A stretch of 63,260 nucleotides of DNA, counting the filler, from Welwitschia mirabilis (lineage: Eukaryota): assembly GCA_051453625.1 (NCBI GenBank). It is 5 parts of one record of this genome, joined end to end, with 100 filler letters (N's around TTAATTAATTAA, not from the genome) between each part and the next. Parts side by side here need not be neighbours in the genome. Positions count along the whole stretch, not along the records: positions 13,629 to 28,120 come from JBOZIK010000001.1; positions 28,221 to 38,986 come from JBOZIK010000001.1; 3 more parts are not named here. One strand, written 5' to 3'. The notes below the pieces were generated by a model that saw only the letters and a program-made list of their open reading frames with translations, was not told the DNA's origin and searched no databases. Position numbers and translations under genes: made by a program. Positions 26,401 through 39,086 of the stretch are shown piece by piece. Each line of letters begins with the position of its first letter. Position 1 is the first letter of the stretch.

Positions 26401-27802
26401 TAAGATACCTATGAGGGCTACTCCAATAATTAAACCATCAAACCCAAGCTTATTCAAAGGGTTCTCTACACTCTGGGATAAGGTGCAGTGCCTAGGATGG
26501 GAAGCTCTCTTGCACAAGCTGAAAGGAGAACCTGAAGCTTATATCAACTCATTTTATAGAAGATGGAAAGGGTAAACAACCATGTCTAAAAAAATTTTAA
26601 TTGAGTTTATAAAAGACCCTAGAAAGAATTCTTCTCAAGAGTAGAGGATAGTAAGAGGCCTCCAATTTCTTCTTGAGAGGCATCCTAAATATTTTAAGTG
26701 GTCATACTAATCACAAGATGCTTCTGCCCCTATGGGGCTTAGAGGATAAGATGATTTATTACTACTTTATTTAGACTATCTATTGTTTGAAGTTGTCAGG
26801 GCTACATTTTACCTCTTTTAAGTCCTAAGACGTAGGATATCAAGTTAACCTTCCTTAATTTTTCATTCAGGATTTATAATGGAAAGATTCTGTGAGGCAT
26901 TCAGGCCTTATCATGATCTTTTAGAGAGCTGCAAGGGATTTGAGGATAAGGTAGGCCTCCTCTCCTCCTCCTCCTTAGCGAAGAACTTTCAAGGAGATGC
27001 CTTCTAAGGGAAAAAAGAAGAAATTTCCTAAGTCTAACAAGGTTCCCCTAACTGAGAGGGATACTGAGCCAGGAAGCCCCCATTCTCAGAGAGAGGTGTC
27101 TTCGCCTTAGGAAGATTAGGCAGAAGAAGTGATTCTGCCCTAGCATAGGAAGAGGCAATTCAAGAAATACCCCCAGTTGAAGCCCAAGAATAAAGGCATT
27201 CAGAGTAAGGCCAAGAGGCATCCCCTCAAAAGGAAGCTCCTATCATAGTCAGGAGTCAAATTCCCATTCTCAATCAGATTCCTCCTCCGAAGAAGGAAAT
27301 CAAGAACACCAAAAGGACATTATTATGGATCATGCAAGAAGAGTAGTCCTTCTAACTACAATTCATGGCCTAAAAAGATGCCTCTTTTTTCCCTTAAAAA
27401 TCTCACATTGAACTCAACTACATGTCATTAAGTCCAGTTATTGGAAGAAGGCTATCAGACTGCATCCTGACAAGAACCAGGAGGAAGCAGAGAAATTCAA
27501 AGAAACATACGAAATGGGATGATTTCTGGTTCAACACCCTCATGAAAACCTCTTCCCCAACTACAGCGGATATTAATCATATGTTATTTATAGTGTTATA
27601 TCATCTTTTTCTAGTTCTATGTTAATTTCAATAGTTTGAGGTGTTTTCGCCCCCAATTTTGCTTTGTATCCAGCAGGTTTACATGAATTTTGTAGGCTTA
27701 TTTTTAACAACTGAGTTTATTATACCTCTCAAAATAGGGCAGTTTCACCCTCCTCTATAAATTTTCTCCTTTAATATAATGCTCTTTTTTTTAAAAGAAA
27801 AA
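23465..27802 (+). mobile_element. L1-type LINE remnant: ORF1, APE endonuclease, RT deleted, zf-RVT, extra 3' region, A-rich tail
   Basis: ORF1 SLIGKFVSS..IKEWVATKW (DUF4283-like) at 23465. Endonuclease motifs LNYKGL and LVCLQET ~24570-24680. MKNNKALG ~25852 is followed closely by zf-RVT-like KIKIF..NQILTKD and LWKIWCTHNEVIFN (~26040-26340). 3' end TTTAATATAATG...AAAAGAAAAA at ~27770-27802. Confidence 0.78.
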
Positions 27803-28120
27803 TGATTATAACTTTCAAATACTTTGAGTTTTTAAATGATTCAAGATGTTTTGGAATGCTTATTCAATTTTATACAACTTAAAATGCTCAAGTTTTCAAA
27901 TATGTTGACAAATATGTACAAAAACATAAATTACTTACTTACCATTTTTTGCATTTATTTTTATCATATTTTAACAAATAATTTCTTAAAAAATAATTAT
28001 CCATCCAAAAAATTATTATTTTTACATTTTCACATTAATAACATAACCCTAGACTTACATTAAAAATTTCACTAATTTATACCTATTAAGTAATGAGATA
28101 TGATATTTTTATACTATAAC

Positions 28121-28220
28121 NNNNNNNNNNNNNNNNNNNNNNNNNNNNNNNNNNNNNNNNNNNNTTAATTAATTAANNNNNNNNNNNNNNNNNNNNNNNN
28201 NNNNNNNNNNNNNNNNNNNN
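28121..28220. other. Artificial scaffold-join spacer
   Basis: N44-TTAATTAATTAA (28165-28176)-N44. Confidence 0.95.
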
Positions 28221-28547
28221 AATTTATTTTTCTTTCTTACTTTTCTTTTTATTTCATTATTTTAAGTACATGCTCTTTGTAACACGCGATGCGCACCCCT
28301 AGGCACTACCTGTTTGAGGTGCACATAAAACAAAGATGGAAGGCGATTATCGGTGAAGGACAACGCCTGAAATTGAGGTGCCTAAGTGACAAATAAGAGC
28401 AAATTTCTAAGAGGAGAAATCCAAAATTTTGCAGACTTTGGCAAGCAGACTCAGAGAAGGAGAAGAAACGAAAGTTGTATCTTCAGCGCCTACGAGTCCA
28501 TGCTAGAATAATTTTGCTTCCGCTTCCATCATGTAATCGTCGAAGCG

Positions 28548-28772
28548 CATGAAATGTTGCAGAATCCTCTGGACACAATCGACATCATATAGTGTTTTTA
28601 CTCTGGAAGAATAGTTAGGGATAAGTAAATTGTCTACAGTTGCTTCATCCAGCCACATTCCAATCCATCTCTTGATGCTATTTATGTAGCTCTTTGAAGC
28701 ATTTAAAATGATAGCTATTTTAAGTAGAGCAAAGAGGAATTTCGTCGGAAGCACAGAATCTTTTTCAAAAGG
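28548..28772 (-). pseudogene. NPH3-domain (NPH3/RPT2-like family) gene fragment inside the Tat/Ogre 5' LTR
   Basis: PFEKDSVLPTKFLFALLKIAIILNAS...RWIGMWLDEATVDNLLIPNYS...TLYDVDCVQRILQHFM matches the conserved NPH3 core (IG.QL..A.L.DLLIP...TLYDVD.V.RI...F). No BTB domain or flanking NPH3 sequence. Confidence 0.9.
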
Positions 28773-29664
28773 AACTTGAACATGAACGAAACAAAAGCGG
28801 AGAAAAAAAAGAAGGAAGAAGAATGGGGAGAACACATAAGAAGAACATGAGAACAGAACAGAAGAAAATAGAGGGGGTGTATCAAAATAGTCTAGGTTAT
28901 TTTATTTTATTTTTAAAAGGCATTTTTCTAATAAAAAAGAAAGGGGCCCTTTAAATATTTTTTTTTAAGTTATACATTTGAAAAAAAAACTTAGGAAAAT
29001 CTTTTTTCTATATAGATAATAGTTTTCTTTTAAAGCTATTAATTAGGATTAGTCTTATGTTTACAAAAAAAAAATTCTTTTTCAATTTAATTTTGAAAGG
29101 AAAAAAACTTTTTTAAATATTTTTGAAATCATATTTAAAACTTAGTGTTTTTCTAGTTTAGGCATTAATTTAAATTTCTCTTAAAAACCAAAAACAAAAA
29201 TCACAAAAATCCTTAAGTCCTAAACTTCTCTTTTTTAGAACTCATTTTTATGCATTTAAATTTTTACTATAGGTAAAACTTCTTAAGTTTAAAATAAATT
29301 GCAAGGAAATATTACAACATCAGGAAACTTTATCAAAATGAAATTAATTAAATTTAGTCAAATGTAGTCAACAAATATCGCAATTTATTCAAACTAATAA
29401 GAGTTAGTCAAAATCAGTTAAACCCAGTCAAACTGTTAAAATGACAGTCAAAATCAGTCAAAATGAGTCAAATGATATCAGTCAACGTAAGTCCAAGTTA
29501 GTCAAACATAGTCAAATTCAGTTAGCTTCAATCAAACTAGGTCAATTCATTAAGTTTAGCTTAAACTTGTTTAAATCACTGTCAAACCGCCAAAGTCACC
29601 TATCATCACGTAATGTTAGAACTAATTCATTATTTACGACAAACACAAAGTCTCGTAAATAGTT

Positions 29665-29681
29665 TGGCGTTAGAAGGAGGG
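29665..29681 (+). promoter_or_regulatory. Primer-binding site complementary to the tRNA-Asn 3' end
   Basis: TGGCGTTAGAAGGAGGG, one mismatch from TGGCGCTAGAAGGAGGG, directly after the presumed LTR end. Confidence 0.7.
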
Positions 29682-32600
29682 CCCCTCTAGTGGGTTTTTT
29701 AATAATTTGTCAAGTCTTTTACATTCACTTTTTTTCATCGCCTTATCAGAAACTTAGAATAGTCACAATGCCAATATTAACAACAGGCAAAAAGGCCTAC
29801 AATTCTGAGGAGATGTACAAACTCCTCATTCAGCAAGACCCCTCTACACTCACTACAGATGAGCTTCACACTATCATGAACTACAGAGCATATTGGGACT
29901 CATACCTTATCCATCCTAGTGAATGAATTCATTTCATGGCATCCAAAAGGTTAGGATTAACTAGTCAGGAAGGGAGTCAAGCTCGTTAGAATGAACTCCT
30001 TCATGAAAAAATAAATAATGAAGAGTTAATCAATGAATGGGGTCATGAAGAAAACCTAGAAATCCAACAACAACCACAAGGCCCAAAGAAACAGGCTGAC
30101 GATGATAATAGCTTATTCTAATACTCCACAGATGGAGAGGAATCACCTAGAAATAGGCAAGCTGAAAACAAAAATCTCGATCAACCTAATTTGACAACCA
30201 TTTGGGAAGCTATTAATGATCTGAAATAAGATCTCCAAAACAAGAAAAACTATAATCAAATTTGTAGGAGAAGAGAAAAGAGCCATAAAATATGGTAATA
30301 CATCCTAAAGGGAACCATCCAAAAGGGACAATAACAATACTCTAAGCAGTACCCCAAAGAATGTTGCTTTCGTCAGTCAACCAATTCGACTAATTTACCC
30401 GTCCCAACTAAGGGGTAATCCAATGATGGTGTCAATGGCTCCCCAAGCCCTTTTTTCTCCACAAGCTTTTACTCCCTGACTAACTTACCATCAACCATTT
30501 TATCCTCCACCACAATAAGTGCAACCGCCACTACCACCACAACCTCAACAATAGGCATATACGCCTCAAAATCAAGGTCAAAGTAGGCCTCAAAATCAAA
30601 CCTCAATTCTCAACCTAAAAGGATTTTCATGAAATTAAATATTCCAATGAGGTAAATCCTCTTAACGTTACTGAAAAAGGGGGCAATCCAGTTGCCTCCA
30701 ATTAGACAAAGGAACCTAAATACACTTAAACCAAGAGGGTATGATGATTCAAAGTATTACAAGTACCATCAAGTTCGAGGACATCATACTGATAATTGTT
30801 TCAATCTAAAACACATTATTCAAGATATCATTAAAAATAAGAAAGACATAAAATTTGATACTATTTTAGCAGCTGCAATTGAGATTTATAAGAACCCCTT
30901 TCCTACTCAACCTCCTACATCGCAATCACCACAAAATGCAGCATTTCAAAATGATGACAGCCCCTATGCAATTTTAGTAATCTAGGATCAACATGAGAAA
31001 TCATTAAAACAAATTATTCAGGAGAACAAGGAAAAATTAGAAGTAATGGTTTGAGCAGAATATTCTTAAACTCGTCCTATCCCTCGATAACATACACCAA
31101 CACAGGCGCTTGCCTCTAAAGTAAAGGAGGCGTATCATTATTGACCTCACTCACTGAAAACTCTGAGCCCCTAGACTCGCATTTAAAAGGATATGCAAGG
31201 AGCGTTTGAGCTTGAAAGCATCTCCCAATCACAATCAACCACACAAGGAAAGAACTACCTCAAATAAGGTGCATGCTCAAAAGAATAACAAAAATGAAGA
31301 GACAATTCACTTCTCACATCACGAGATTTCTATGACCCCTAAGAAGATGATCATTACTAAACCACCTTACATATCTGTAAATATCAGGACTACCAAAGTA
31401 AGTAAAGCTTTTATCAATTGTGGAGCTGAACTAAATGTGATAGGTTTATCATGCCTTGAGAAGCTTAAAATGAGTCATCTCTTAAACACAAAGAAAAATG
31501 TGATGATTAGAGGATTTAATGACTATGAGGATAAATCAAGAGGGACAGTTACTTTACCTATCGAAGTAGCTCAAAAAGTTAATGACACTGAATTCTACAT
31601 AATTGACAATACAGCAGTGTTTATTTTGTTACTAGAATGTCCTTGGATACTGGACATAGGGGCAATCATATCTATACCCCATCAAAAGCTAAAATTTATA
31701 GGCTCTAAACTTCCAGTGCCATAGAACGCAATCATACTATGGCAAATGTGAAAGCACCATCGACGTCATCTTCTCCATCACCACCATCCGCATCTGAGAA
31801 GATGACTATTCCCTTCTTACATTTTAAACATGATCTAGTAGACTCTTATAAGATGAAGGTTTAACCCATTTCTGACACTCAAATTTTAGACATAGGATGG
31901 ATTGCATTCCTCTCAGATGTCCAATTATCTCATGATTTAAAACTCTCAACGAAAAAAATAAGAGAGAAAACCCCTATTCAAAACCCAAAAAAAAAAGATG
32001 AAAATACAAAAACAAAAACATGTACATATGTGTATATACAACAAAATATATTTAAAAAATAAAAACAAAAATAAAAACAAGACAAAAAATAGATAACAAC
32101 ATGGAAAAAAGGAAGATGCTAGTTTATTTATCTAGTTAAAACACGAAGGACAAAGTTCATGACAGTCAAAGTACCTCACACAAAATGAGTTTACACATCC
32201 GAGCAAAGTCTTGACAGCTAAGAAAAGCCTCTGCCTATCACACTACTCATAAACATGTGTAAAGTGTAATGTTTTAAAACTTTCTTTTGGATAGGAAAAT
32301 GAAAGAGCGAAGTCTCTTCTAAAAATAGTGTATATTTTGTTTTCCAAATCTTTCCGTTAAAGTAGTTTGACATGTTTTTCAGTGTCTGCTTTTAGTTTGT
32401 NNNNNNNNNNNNNNNNNNNNNNNNNNNNNNNNNNNNNNNNNNNNNNNNNNNNNNNNNNNNNNNNNNNNNNNNNNNNNNNNNNNNNNNNNNNNNNNNNNNN
32501 NNNNNNNNNNNNNNNNNNNNNNNNNNNNNNNNNNNNNNNNNNNNNNNNNNNNNNNNNNNNNNNNNNNNNNNNNNNNNNNNNNNNNNNNNNNNNNNNNNNN

Positions 32601-35600
32601 NNNNNNNNNNNNNNNNNNNNNNNNNNNNNNNNNNNNNNNNNNNNNNNNNNNNNNNNNNNNNNNNNNNNNNNNNNNNNNNNNNNNNNNNNNNNNNNNNNNN
32701 NNNNNNNNNNNNNNNNNNNNNNNNNNNNNNNNNNNNNNNNNNNNNNNNNNNNNNNNNNNNNNNNNNNNNNNNNNNNNNNNNNNNNNNNNNNNNNNNNNNN
32801 NNNNNNNNNNNNNNNNNNNNNNNNNNNNNNNNNNNNNNNNNNNNNNNNNNNNNNNNNNNNNNNNNNNNNNNNNGAGATAAAGGTTAGAAAGTTAAAACCT
32901 CATCTTGCATTAGTGTGAAACAAGATCTAGAGTGTCTCTTGACTGCCTATTTTATCCAACCAGTAGATTACTCAAATTGGCTATCAAATATGGTGGTCTT
33001 TCCAAAGAAGAATGTCCAGATTAGGATTTGTATTGATTATCATGATTTAAATAAGGTTACCCTAAAGGATGACTATCCTTTACTGAATATCGACATCCTA
33101 GTAGATAACACTACTGGTTACGACCTCTTATCATTTATGGATGATTACAATCAGATCTTTATTAATCCTGCAGACCAGCACAAAATAACTTTTATAATAC
33201 CATGGGGCTTTTCTGTTACATCATGATGCCCTTCAGATTAAAGAATGCTGGTGCAACCTACCAGCATGCAATGACACATATCTTTCACAATATGATTCAC
33301 CGCAACGTCGAAAACTATGTTGATGATGTTGTGGTTCAGTCAAAGATAATTGTTGATCATTCTAATGATCTAAATCAACTGTTCACATAAGTAAGATGAT
33401 ATAATTTGCACCTAAACCCAAAGAAATATGTATTTGGTATGCCATCAGGAAAATTCTTAGGATTCATGGTATCGAAACAAGGCATAGAATTTGATCCTAA
33501 TAAGATCAAGGCAATTGTGGATATGTCATCACCATGTAACTTGAAATAATTAGGTAGTCTTCAAGGTAGGCTACAAGTAATACATCAATTTATTTTAACT
33601 TTGGTAGATTGATGTGAATCATTTATGCATTTACTTAAGAAAGACAACCAATTCAAGTGGGATAAAAATTGTCAAAAGGCTTTTGATATAATTAAGGAGT
33701 ATTTGACATCCATCCTTGTTCTAAGTCAACCTAAGCCTGATCAACAATTTTACCTTTACTTAGCATATACATCATCATCGATTAGTGCAATGATCTTTCA
33801 ATGTGATAAATTACATCAAGATCACCTAATTTACTACATCAGTAAAACACTACATCGATATAAGATAAATTATACTAAAGCAGAAAAGGCATGTTTGAGT
33901 TTAGTTTTTGCTTCACAAAAGTTTCATTATTATATGATGACAAATAAAACAATTGTGATTAATAATTAGAATTTGCTCAAACATCTACTTGAATACTTTA
34001 TTGGTAGCACACGTTTAATAAAGTGGGCATCAATTCTTGCTGAATTCGACCTATAATTCCAATCGCAAAAATCATTCAAGGGAAAGTGCATAACGGACCA
34101 AATGGTAGATCTACCAATATAAGCTAAATGTGAAACCTCAAGTGAATTTGAACAATTACCTGATGAAGAAACTCATATTGTTGAAATAAAAAAGACTTAA
34201 GTGCATTGATGTTTTTCAATGACGCATCCAACCGAAATGGTGGATTTGCAGGAGTAGTCTTCTTCCTCAATAATGAAACAAGCTTACCATTCTCTTTTAA
34301 ACTAAATTTTCATTGCACAAATAACATTGCTGAATGTGAGGCTTTAACAAGAGGAATCATGTTCACTATTCAAGTAGGTTTCAAGAAATTACGTATTTTT
34401 GATGAGACTCGTAATTAGTTGTCAACCAAGTCTTAGGCAAGTACAAAGCTAGATCAGGAATCCTAAGTGCATATCTCAGAAAAGTAAGAAAGCTTCTTAT
34501 ATTATCTAAGGCATGTGAAATTCTAGTTGTTCCTAGAAATGAAAATCAATTCGCAGATTATCTTGCAAACTTTGCTCAAATGTGTCTTAGAGATTCCTCC
34601 CTTAAAGAGTATGTCACATGCATGGACATCAGTCAAAATTTCCTCGATAAACATCAGATGACTGCTTATCTAGAGCTATCACGAGATGAGGTGAGTCAAT
34701 TGATAAAAGATCCTCAAGCAAATGATGAGTGGTATGATACTTTGCTAGATTACTTCACTGATCAAAGGCTACCCGAAAATATCTCTTCATTACGTAAGTG
34801 AAACTTCAGGGATCAAGCGACGTGTTTTGCCCTAATCCAAGGACAATTATATAAAAAGTCAAACGAAGGTATCCTGTTAAGATGCCTAAAATCAAGCGAA
34901 GCTGCTTATGCCCTAAAAGAGACCCATGCTGGACTATGTGGGCCCCACTAAAGGGCAAAATCACTATTGGCTCATGTGCTACGGTCTGGTTATTTCTAGA
35001 AAACGATGAACAATGATTGTTTCAAGATAATCAAAACATGTCACACTTGTTAGATCTTTTCACTAAGAATACATCAACAAGCCTACTGAGCTTTTTCCTT
35101 CTGATCCAATTTGGGTTTTTAGAAAATGGGGTATAGATTTAATCGGTCCTATTACGCCTGCCTCATTGGGACATCATGCGTTCATCCTTACTACAACAGA
35201 ATACTTTTTTAAATGGGTCAAAGCAGTCCCATTACGGCAAACAACATCAAAGTGAATTCAAAATTTCATTCTTGATCACATCATTGGTAGATTTGGCATA
35301 CCTTATGTCACTGTCACTGATAATGGTCCACAATTTAGATCAACAGAATTGAAGAATTTCCTAAGCAGATTCGGAGTAAAACATTCCTTTTCGACACCAC
35401 GTTATCTTCAAGCAAATGGACAAGCTAAAGCTACAAATAAGTTGATCATAAATTATCTCAAGAAACTCTTACAAAGGAATACGACGTCNNNNNNNNNNNN
35501 NNNNNNNNNNNNNNNNNNNNNNNNNNNNNNNNNNNNNNNNNNNNNNNNNNNNNNNNNNNNNNNNNNNNNNNNNNNNNNNNNNNNNNNNNNNNNNNNNNNN

Positions 35601-38600
35601 NNNNNNNNNNNNNNNNNNNNNNNNNNNNNNNNNNNNNNNNNNNNNNNNNNNNNNNNNNNNNNNNNNNNNNNNNNNNNNNNNNNNNNNNNNNNNNNNNNNN
35701 NNNNNNNNNNNNNNNNNNNNNNNNNNNNNNNNNNNNNNNNNNNNNNNNNNNNNNNNNNNNNNNNNNNNNNNNNNNNNNNNNNNNNNNNNNNNNNNNNNNN
35801 NNNNNNNNNNNNNNNNNNNNNNNNNNNNNNNNNNNNNNNNNNNNNNNNNNNNNNNNNNNNNNNNNNNNNNNNNNNNNNNNNNNNNNNNNNNNCTTATCGC
35901 ACTACAGTAAAAACTGCTACAGGGATAACACCGTTTCAACTCATCTATGGTACTGAAGCGGTCTTTCCCACTCAAATTCAGATTCCCACATTAAAAACAT
36001 TAGTTAAGGATCTAGAGTTATCTAACATGGAAAAGAAAATGCGACTTACACAACTTGGAACTTTAGATGAAAAATGAATAAAAGCCTTGCAACAAACCCA
36101 ACTTTACCAAAAGTAAATTAGTAATGCATACAATAAACATATGAATCTAAGATCTTATGATATAGGTAACTTAGTGTTAAAAAAGAACTTAACTGAAAAG
36201 ACTTTAAAGTTTTCACCTAATTGGTTAGGACCATTATCATCTTACAGAAGTTCGACAAGGAAACATATAAACTAAGGAGTTTAAATGGTGTTGAAGAGAG
36301 TGAACCAATAAATTCCCTATATCTTTGACCTTATTTTCATTAAAATAAAGTTCAAAAAACATGTCATTTTTGTTTCATGTTGCAATTTAATTATTTTCAT
36401 TAGTAAGTTTGCATAATTTTTCATGTATACATACATTGGTTCTCGTGCAAAACAACATAGGTCTTTTTTTTGCATCGCACAAAGTCACACATTTTAGTTT
36501 CTATATTTGAAGTCCAGATTATGGCTGATGATCATCTTCCACCCTTTCCTTCTTTCTATCAAAGGGCACACACTGCTTTTCTTCGAGCACAATGCCAATG
36601 AGGGGAAGCACCAAATTTACTATAATTGACATTCCATTCCATAAGGCTCCACTCACGGAAGATGACGATGATGAGATATATTGCATCAATCCATGCTATA
36701 ACCCACCCAATCCTTCCTTAACTATGATTTACAACCTTGTATGAGCCTTCTTATTCTACTTACTTGTATATCACCATCATCATCCTACTAGATAGTAGCG
36801 GATACATATTCCCTCCTGTCATGCATTTTATCACATCCTTCATCCATCACTACTACCTTATTTACTTCATTTTGTTTATACTCATCATGTCACCATTTCA
36901 TCATACCCGTGTTACACTTCTGAAGCTCTCGTTTTCATCTTATTTTCATAAAAACAAAAAAGAAAAGAAGAAAAAATAAGAAAAAGAAAGAAAGAAAGAA
37001 AGAAAAATTCCTTTCTACTTCTTTTGTTGTACAGCCTATTACATACCTGTATATACTGAGTTAACTCCTAAGTGACTAAGTCTTTATTTAGTAAAAAAGT
37101 GCATTTTGGATGACTCTATTGAGATTATTAATTTAGATGCTATGAAAACCTTAGGGTTGATGGATAATAATCAAGACTATACCAACTGATAACTGATATG
37201 CTATTGGCATGATAGAAGAAATTGAGTAGGAAGTTCATCTCAATTAAGAGATGTGATTTTTCTTCACTTTTAGCTAAATGACTCCTTAGCATTATTTCTT
37301 GATTAAGGTTATTTCTTTGTTCAATCGTCCATTTGTTTGATTTTGTGTTAAATTACATTCAAGTCTCATCAAAGTAGTTCTCTACTTTTGGGTGTTTATA
37401 GTGGTAAGATTGGATTTCATCCAATCTGAAGACATTTCCATGTCTATGACCTCCAGTGTCTTGAATTATTCTGTATTAGCATTAACTGTATCAAATTTGA
37501 CGCTTATTTTCAGCTGTGAGCTTTACAATTTTCCATGCTAATGATCAAGTAATGTTTAAAAATAAAGAGAGAATCTAAGCCAATTGGTCAAAAAAAAAAG
37601 AAAGAAAAAAAGAAGAAGAAAAAAAGAGAAAAAAAGAAAAAGAAAAAAAAATCATAATGTTCTACTGCAAGCACACCAGGGCAAATATTCCCAAGAGGGG
37701 CCTTTGGTAGTGCAATATGGTAGCTGTGAGAACTCCACCAGGGTGTCAGTTGGTTACGATCTGGCTTCTGCTTACGGATCCTTATGCTCTTGGCAGTGGT
37801 TGCACTCCCCTTATTATGATGGATAGTGTTTTTTTTAAACATCCCATTGGCTTGATTTTCCTATGACTCTGAGGCTATGACTTTCCGAGCATTTAGAACA
37901 TCTTGGTCATTAGATGATAAGTTAGTAAGATCTCACTTCTTGTTGTAGTTAATGATTGGATTGAGTCATAGTCTAGACACTATATTGATACTTTGCAGAA
38001 TAATCATAGGCATTGTCATGACTGTTGCCCTTATCATATAATACTCTATGTTATTTAACATTGAATCATTATGTTAATAACATCGAATGACTTTATGATT
38101 CATACCAATAGACTTTGCTAGGTTGGCATTTAAAGGTGTAGAAATTAATCTTCTTTGTGCCCTATTTGTCCATCTTCACCTAATCTTTTCTTAGTATTTA
38201 TGATTAATTACCTCAAAGTCATTATTGCATTTACTCTTACCTGCTTGAGACTAATCCTACTTTCTAGTTAACTTGTTATCTTTTGATATTTGTCCCTTTT
38301 ATTACTCCCTTTACCATCTTGTAACATGGTGAAAATCTATTTCATAATGCCATCGCCTCTCATTCCTTTTACTTACTGTTCCCTTACACCCTAGCTTTCC
38401 TTATCCATTTTCATAATTATGGTCAAATGCTAATCATCATTCCTCGTCTCTCATTTTCTACATTTATCCCTACTTCTATTTCTCGACATCTTATCATCTC
38501 ATTCTTCTATACTTTCCAAATATTTACATGATCACTTTCGATATAAGGCTCATCTTTTACTTCATATCAAAAAGGGGGCAACTATGGGCGCACTACACAC

Positions 38601-38986
38601 CCCAAGAAAGGGTGGTGACAGATGGCAGCATCAAAAAATGAGATACTACCCACCATAGCATGTTCTATAAAACAACAATGTGAGTGGAAAAAGAAAAGAA
38701 GATGGAGAAATAAACGAGGATTTAATAGGGAGAATGTGGGGCAAAAACGCAGAAGCAAAACAAGATAGAAAAAGGAAGAAACACAGGGAGGTGGCCAGAG
38801 GGAAAACAAGAGCTTATAAGAATAAGAAAGGATGCCAGAGAGAGTTAAAGGGGAAGTTCAACAACGCGAACAACACGAGAGGAGATAATTTCTAAGGTTT
38901 TTTAATTATTATTTCATTTTCTTTTTTGAAGTTTTTTAAAAAAAGAAAAAGACTTTTAAAAAAAACAAAAAGGGGCCACTTAATTT

Positions 38987-39086
38987 NNNNNNNNNNNNNN
39001 NNNNNNNNNNNNNNNNNNNNNNNNNNNNNNTTAATTAATTAANNNNNNNNNNNNNNNNNNNNNNNNNNNNNNNNNNNNNNNNNNNN
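38987..39086. other. Artificial scaffold-join spacer
   Basis: N44-TTAATTAATTAA (39031-39042)-N44. Confidence 0.95.

Larger units (their letters stand above)
28278..38986 (+). mobile_element. Ty3/gypsy Tat/Ogre-lineage LTR retrotransposon, degenerate
   Basis: 5' LTR ~28278-29661. Gag zinc knuckle YYKYHQVRGHHTDNCFNLK at ~30760; protease AFINCGAELNVI at 31206-31724; RT with YVDD at ~33317; RNase H; additional archaeal-type RNase H (FFNDAS..SFKLNFHCTNNIAECEAL) from 34206; integrase ~34800-36340; PPT AAAAGGGGGCA ~38570-38580; 3' LTR from ~38583, cut by the scaffold end. Confidence 0.9.
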
